Assembly (NCBI GenBank): GCA_029572955.1
Contig: JAKPQE010000150.1
Location: 48,614-112,613 of the forward strand
Origin: Pseudomonadota bacterium
GTDB lineage: Bacteria > Pseudomonadota > Alphaproteobacteria > Rhizobiales > JAKPQE01
DNA: 64,000 nt
Direction of reading: 5' to 3'
The position numbers and the translations under genes are program-made. Below are positions 61,832-64,000 of this stretch, piece after piece (positions within the stretch are counted from its first letter, which is position 1; each line of letters opens with the position of its first letter). Below the pieces are notes generated by a model. The model worked only from the letters and a program-made list of their open reading frames with translations. It made no database searches and was not told where the DNA came from.

Positions 61832-64000
61832 TCAGAAGTTGGTGCCGCCGCTGAAGCGGAAGACCTGACGCTGATCGTACCACTCCTTGGAGGTCGCGTG
61901 CGCGAAGTCGGCGCGCAGCGGACCGAAGGGCGACTTCCAGATGATCGAGCCACCGACCGACGAGCGGATGGCGCTGCTGTCGGCGACGTTGCCCGGGTTG
62001 AGCGTGCCGATATCGCCGACATCGTAGAGCGAACCGGCATCGGCAAAGACCGCGCCGCGCAGGCCGAGCTCCGGCGGCAGGCCCCAGATCGGGAACTGCA
62101 GCTCGGCGGTGGCCGACCAGAACACGGTGCCGCCGAGGGCGTCGCCGTTCGAGCCCGGGGTCAGGTCGCGCGGGCCATAGCCCGAGGAGTCGAAGCCGCG
62201 GATGGTCTCGCCGCCCTTGAAGAAGCTGTCCATGATACGGACGTCGTCGCCGCCGATACCGTTGATCATGCCGCCCTTGGCCTTGAGGACGCCGACGATG
62301 CCCCAATCCGGCACCAGCTCGCGATAGGCACGGCCCTCGACGGTGGTGCGGACGTAGCGAACGTCGCCGCCGATACCGGCGAAGTCCTGGGTCAGCTCGC
62401 CGTAGTAGCCGAAGCGCGGATCGCTCTTGCTGTCGCGGCTGTCCCAGACCAGCGAGTAGCCGGCCGACGAGACGATGGTGTCACCCTCGGCCTGCTTCAG
62501 GGCGAGCGAAGCCTCGCCGTCGCCGGCAGCGCCGTTCTTCAGCACGGCCGGGATGGTGATCTCCTGCTTGAAGAGCTGGTAGTTCACCTGCAGGCCGAGA
62601 TGCTCGGAGATCGGGAAGCCGAAGCGGATGCCGCCGCCGATGGTGTCGGAGTCGTAGGAATAGGTGTCGTTGTTGCCGACCACGCGACGGTAGCCGTCGA
62701 AACCGGCCGAGATGCGCTGGCCGAGGAAATACGGCTCGGTGAAGGAGATATCCACCGTGCGCTTGTCCTCGCCGCCACCGACGGCAACCTTCACGTACTG
62801 GCCGCGGCCGAGGAAGTTGCGCTCGGAGAGACGGACGTCGCCGATGACACCGTCGCCGGTCGAATAGCCGATGCCGAAGGAGAGCTCGCCGGTCGCCTTC
62901 TCGACGACGTCGACCATCAGGACGACGCGGTCCGGAGCGCTGCCCGGGGCGGTCGAGATGTTGACGGTCTCGAAGAAGCCGAGGTCGTTGAGCCGGCGCT
63001 GGGCGCGGTCGACCAGCACGCGATTGTAGGCGTCGCCCTCGCCGAGATCGAACTCGCGGCGGATGACGTAATCGCGGGTGCGGGTGTTGCCGCGAACCTC
63101 GATGCGCTCGACGTAGACGCGCGGGCCCTCGTCGATCGTGTAGGTCAGCGAGATCGTGCGGTTGTCGTAGTCGCGCTCGCCGCGCGGACGGACCTGCACG
63201 AAGGCGTAGCCACGCTCGGCGGCGGCGATGGTCAGGTCCTCGAGGGTCTTCTCGACCTCCTCGGCGCTGTAGGTCTTGCCGGCCTTGGTGCGCGCGGTGC
63301 GGCCCATCTCGTCGACATCGATCTCGGCCAGGGCCGTGTCGATGATGACGTCGCCATAGGTGTACTTCTCGCCCTCGTCGAGGGTGAAGGTCACGAAGAA
63401 GATGTTGCGCTCGCGGTCGAGATCGGCGACCGCGGAGACGACGCGGAAGTCGGCATAGCCGTGGTTGAGGTAGAAGCGGCGCAGGCGCTCCTGGTCGGCG
63501 GCCAGACGGTCCGGATCGTAGGTGTCGGTGTTCTTCAGGAAGCTCAGCCAGTTCTTCTGGGCGGTCTGCACGACGTCGCGCAGCTTGCCGTCCGAATAGG
63601 CCTTGTTACCGATGAAATTGATGCGCGCGACGGCGGTCTTCTCGCCCTCGTCGATCTCGAAGACGAGGTTCACGCGGCCGTCGCCGAGCTCGATGATCTT
63701 CGGCTCGACATGGGCGTTGAAGCGGCCCGAGCGGCGATAGCCCTCGAGGATGCGCTGGGTATCACCCTGCACCTTGGCGCGGGTGAGCACGGAACGCGGC
63801 TTCGATTCGACGAGGCCGAGCAGCGCGGCGTCCTTGAGCTTCTTGTTGCCCTCGAAATTGACGCGATTGATGGTCGGGTTCTCGACGACGTTGACGACGA
63901 GGGAACCGCCCGAGGGGGCGATGCGAACGTCGGAGAACAGACCGGTGGCGAACAGCGACTTCAGCGACGCGTCGATATCGGCGGCGCCATACGATTCGCC
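61832..64000 (-). CDS. bamA: Outer membrane assembly factor BamA (5' end outside window)
   Basis: POTRA domains, [32 protein letters not shown], terminal Phe. Confidence 0.96.
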   Translation of the reverse strand, partial: GESYGAADIDASLKSLFATGLFSDVRIAPSGGSLVVNVVENPTINRVNFEGNKKLKDAALLGLVESKPRSVLTRAKVQGDTQRILEGYRRSGRFNAHVEPKIIELGDGRVNLVFEIDEGEKTAVARINFIGNKAYSDGKLRDVVQTAQKNWLSFLKNTDTYDPDRLAADQERLRRFYLNHGYADFRVVSAVADLDRERNIFFVTFTLDEGEKYTYGDVIIDTALAEIDVDEMGRTARTKAGKTYSAEEVEKTLEDLTIAAAERGYAFVQVRPRGERDYDNRTISLTYTIDEGPRVYVERIEVRGNTRTRDYVIRREFDLGEGDAYNRVLVDRAQRRLNDLGFFETVNISTAPGSAPDRVVLMVDVVEKATGELSFGIGYSTGDGVIGDVRLSERNFLGRGQYVKVAVGGGEDKRTVDISFTEPYFLGQRISAGFDGYRRVVGNNDTYSYDSDTIGGGIRFGFPISEHLGLQVNYQLFKQEITIPAVLKNGAAGDGEASLALKQAEGDTIVSSAGYSLVWDSRDSKSDPRFGYYGELTQDFAGIGGDVRYVRTTVEGRAYRELVPDWGIVGVLKAKGGMINGIGGDDVRIMDSFFKGGETIRGFDSSGYGPRDLTPGSNGDALGGTVFWSATAELQFPIWGLPPELGLRGAVFADAGSLYDVGDIGTLNPGNVADSSAIRSSVGGSIIWKSPFGPLRADFAHATSKEWYDQRQVFRFSGGTNF

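Overview
High-GC alphaproteobacterial (Hyphomicrobiales-like) chromosomal window. Core genes: partial ClC channel, Tat-exported dienelactone hydrolase, uvrD/pcrA, aminopeptidase P, recA with LexA boxes, and tamAB. There is a large Caulobacter/Bradyrhizobium-subpolar-type flagellar cluster (cckA to flaF) with CtrA boxes, sigma-54 promoters and ftr-like sites, followed by ilvC, pdxJ and the bamA-lpxD-fabZ-lpxA-lpxI-lpxB operon. The standout is an ~11.7 kb accessory minus-strand cluster (16.2-27.9 kb) between cckA and tamAB/recA. In order it encodes: a small exported protein; a secreted protein with 98 Met in (G-M-S/G)n repeats punctuated by two WxCTQW motifs; a probably soluble pentaheme cytochrome c; a Tat-exported DmsA-like molybdoenzyme with an atypical C-x3-C-x3-H Fe-S motif; DmsB; a TorD/DmsD chaperone; a polyferredoxin; a hypothetical protein; a heme-c-motif histidine kinase; and an NtrC-family regulator with GAYPGA instead of GAFTGA. 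No DmsC-type membrane anchor is present. My inference is a periplasmic methionine/methionine-sulfoxide redox system. No CRISPR, tRNA, rRNA or transposase was seen. All calls come from reading the sequence; no database searches were run.
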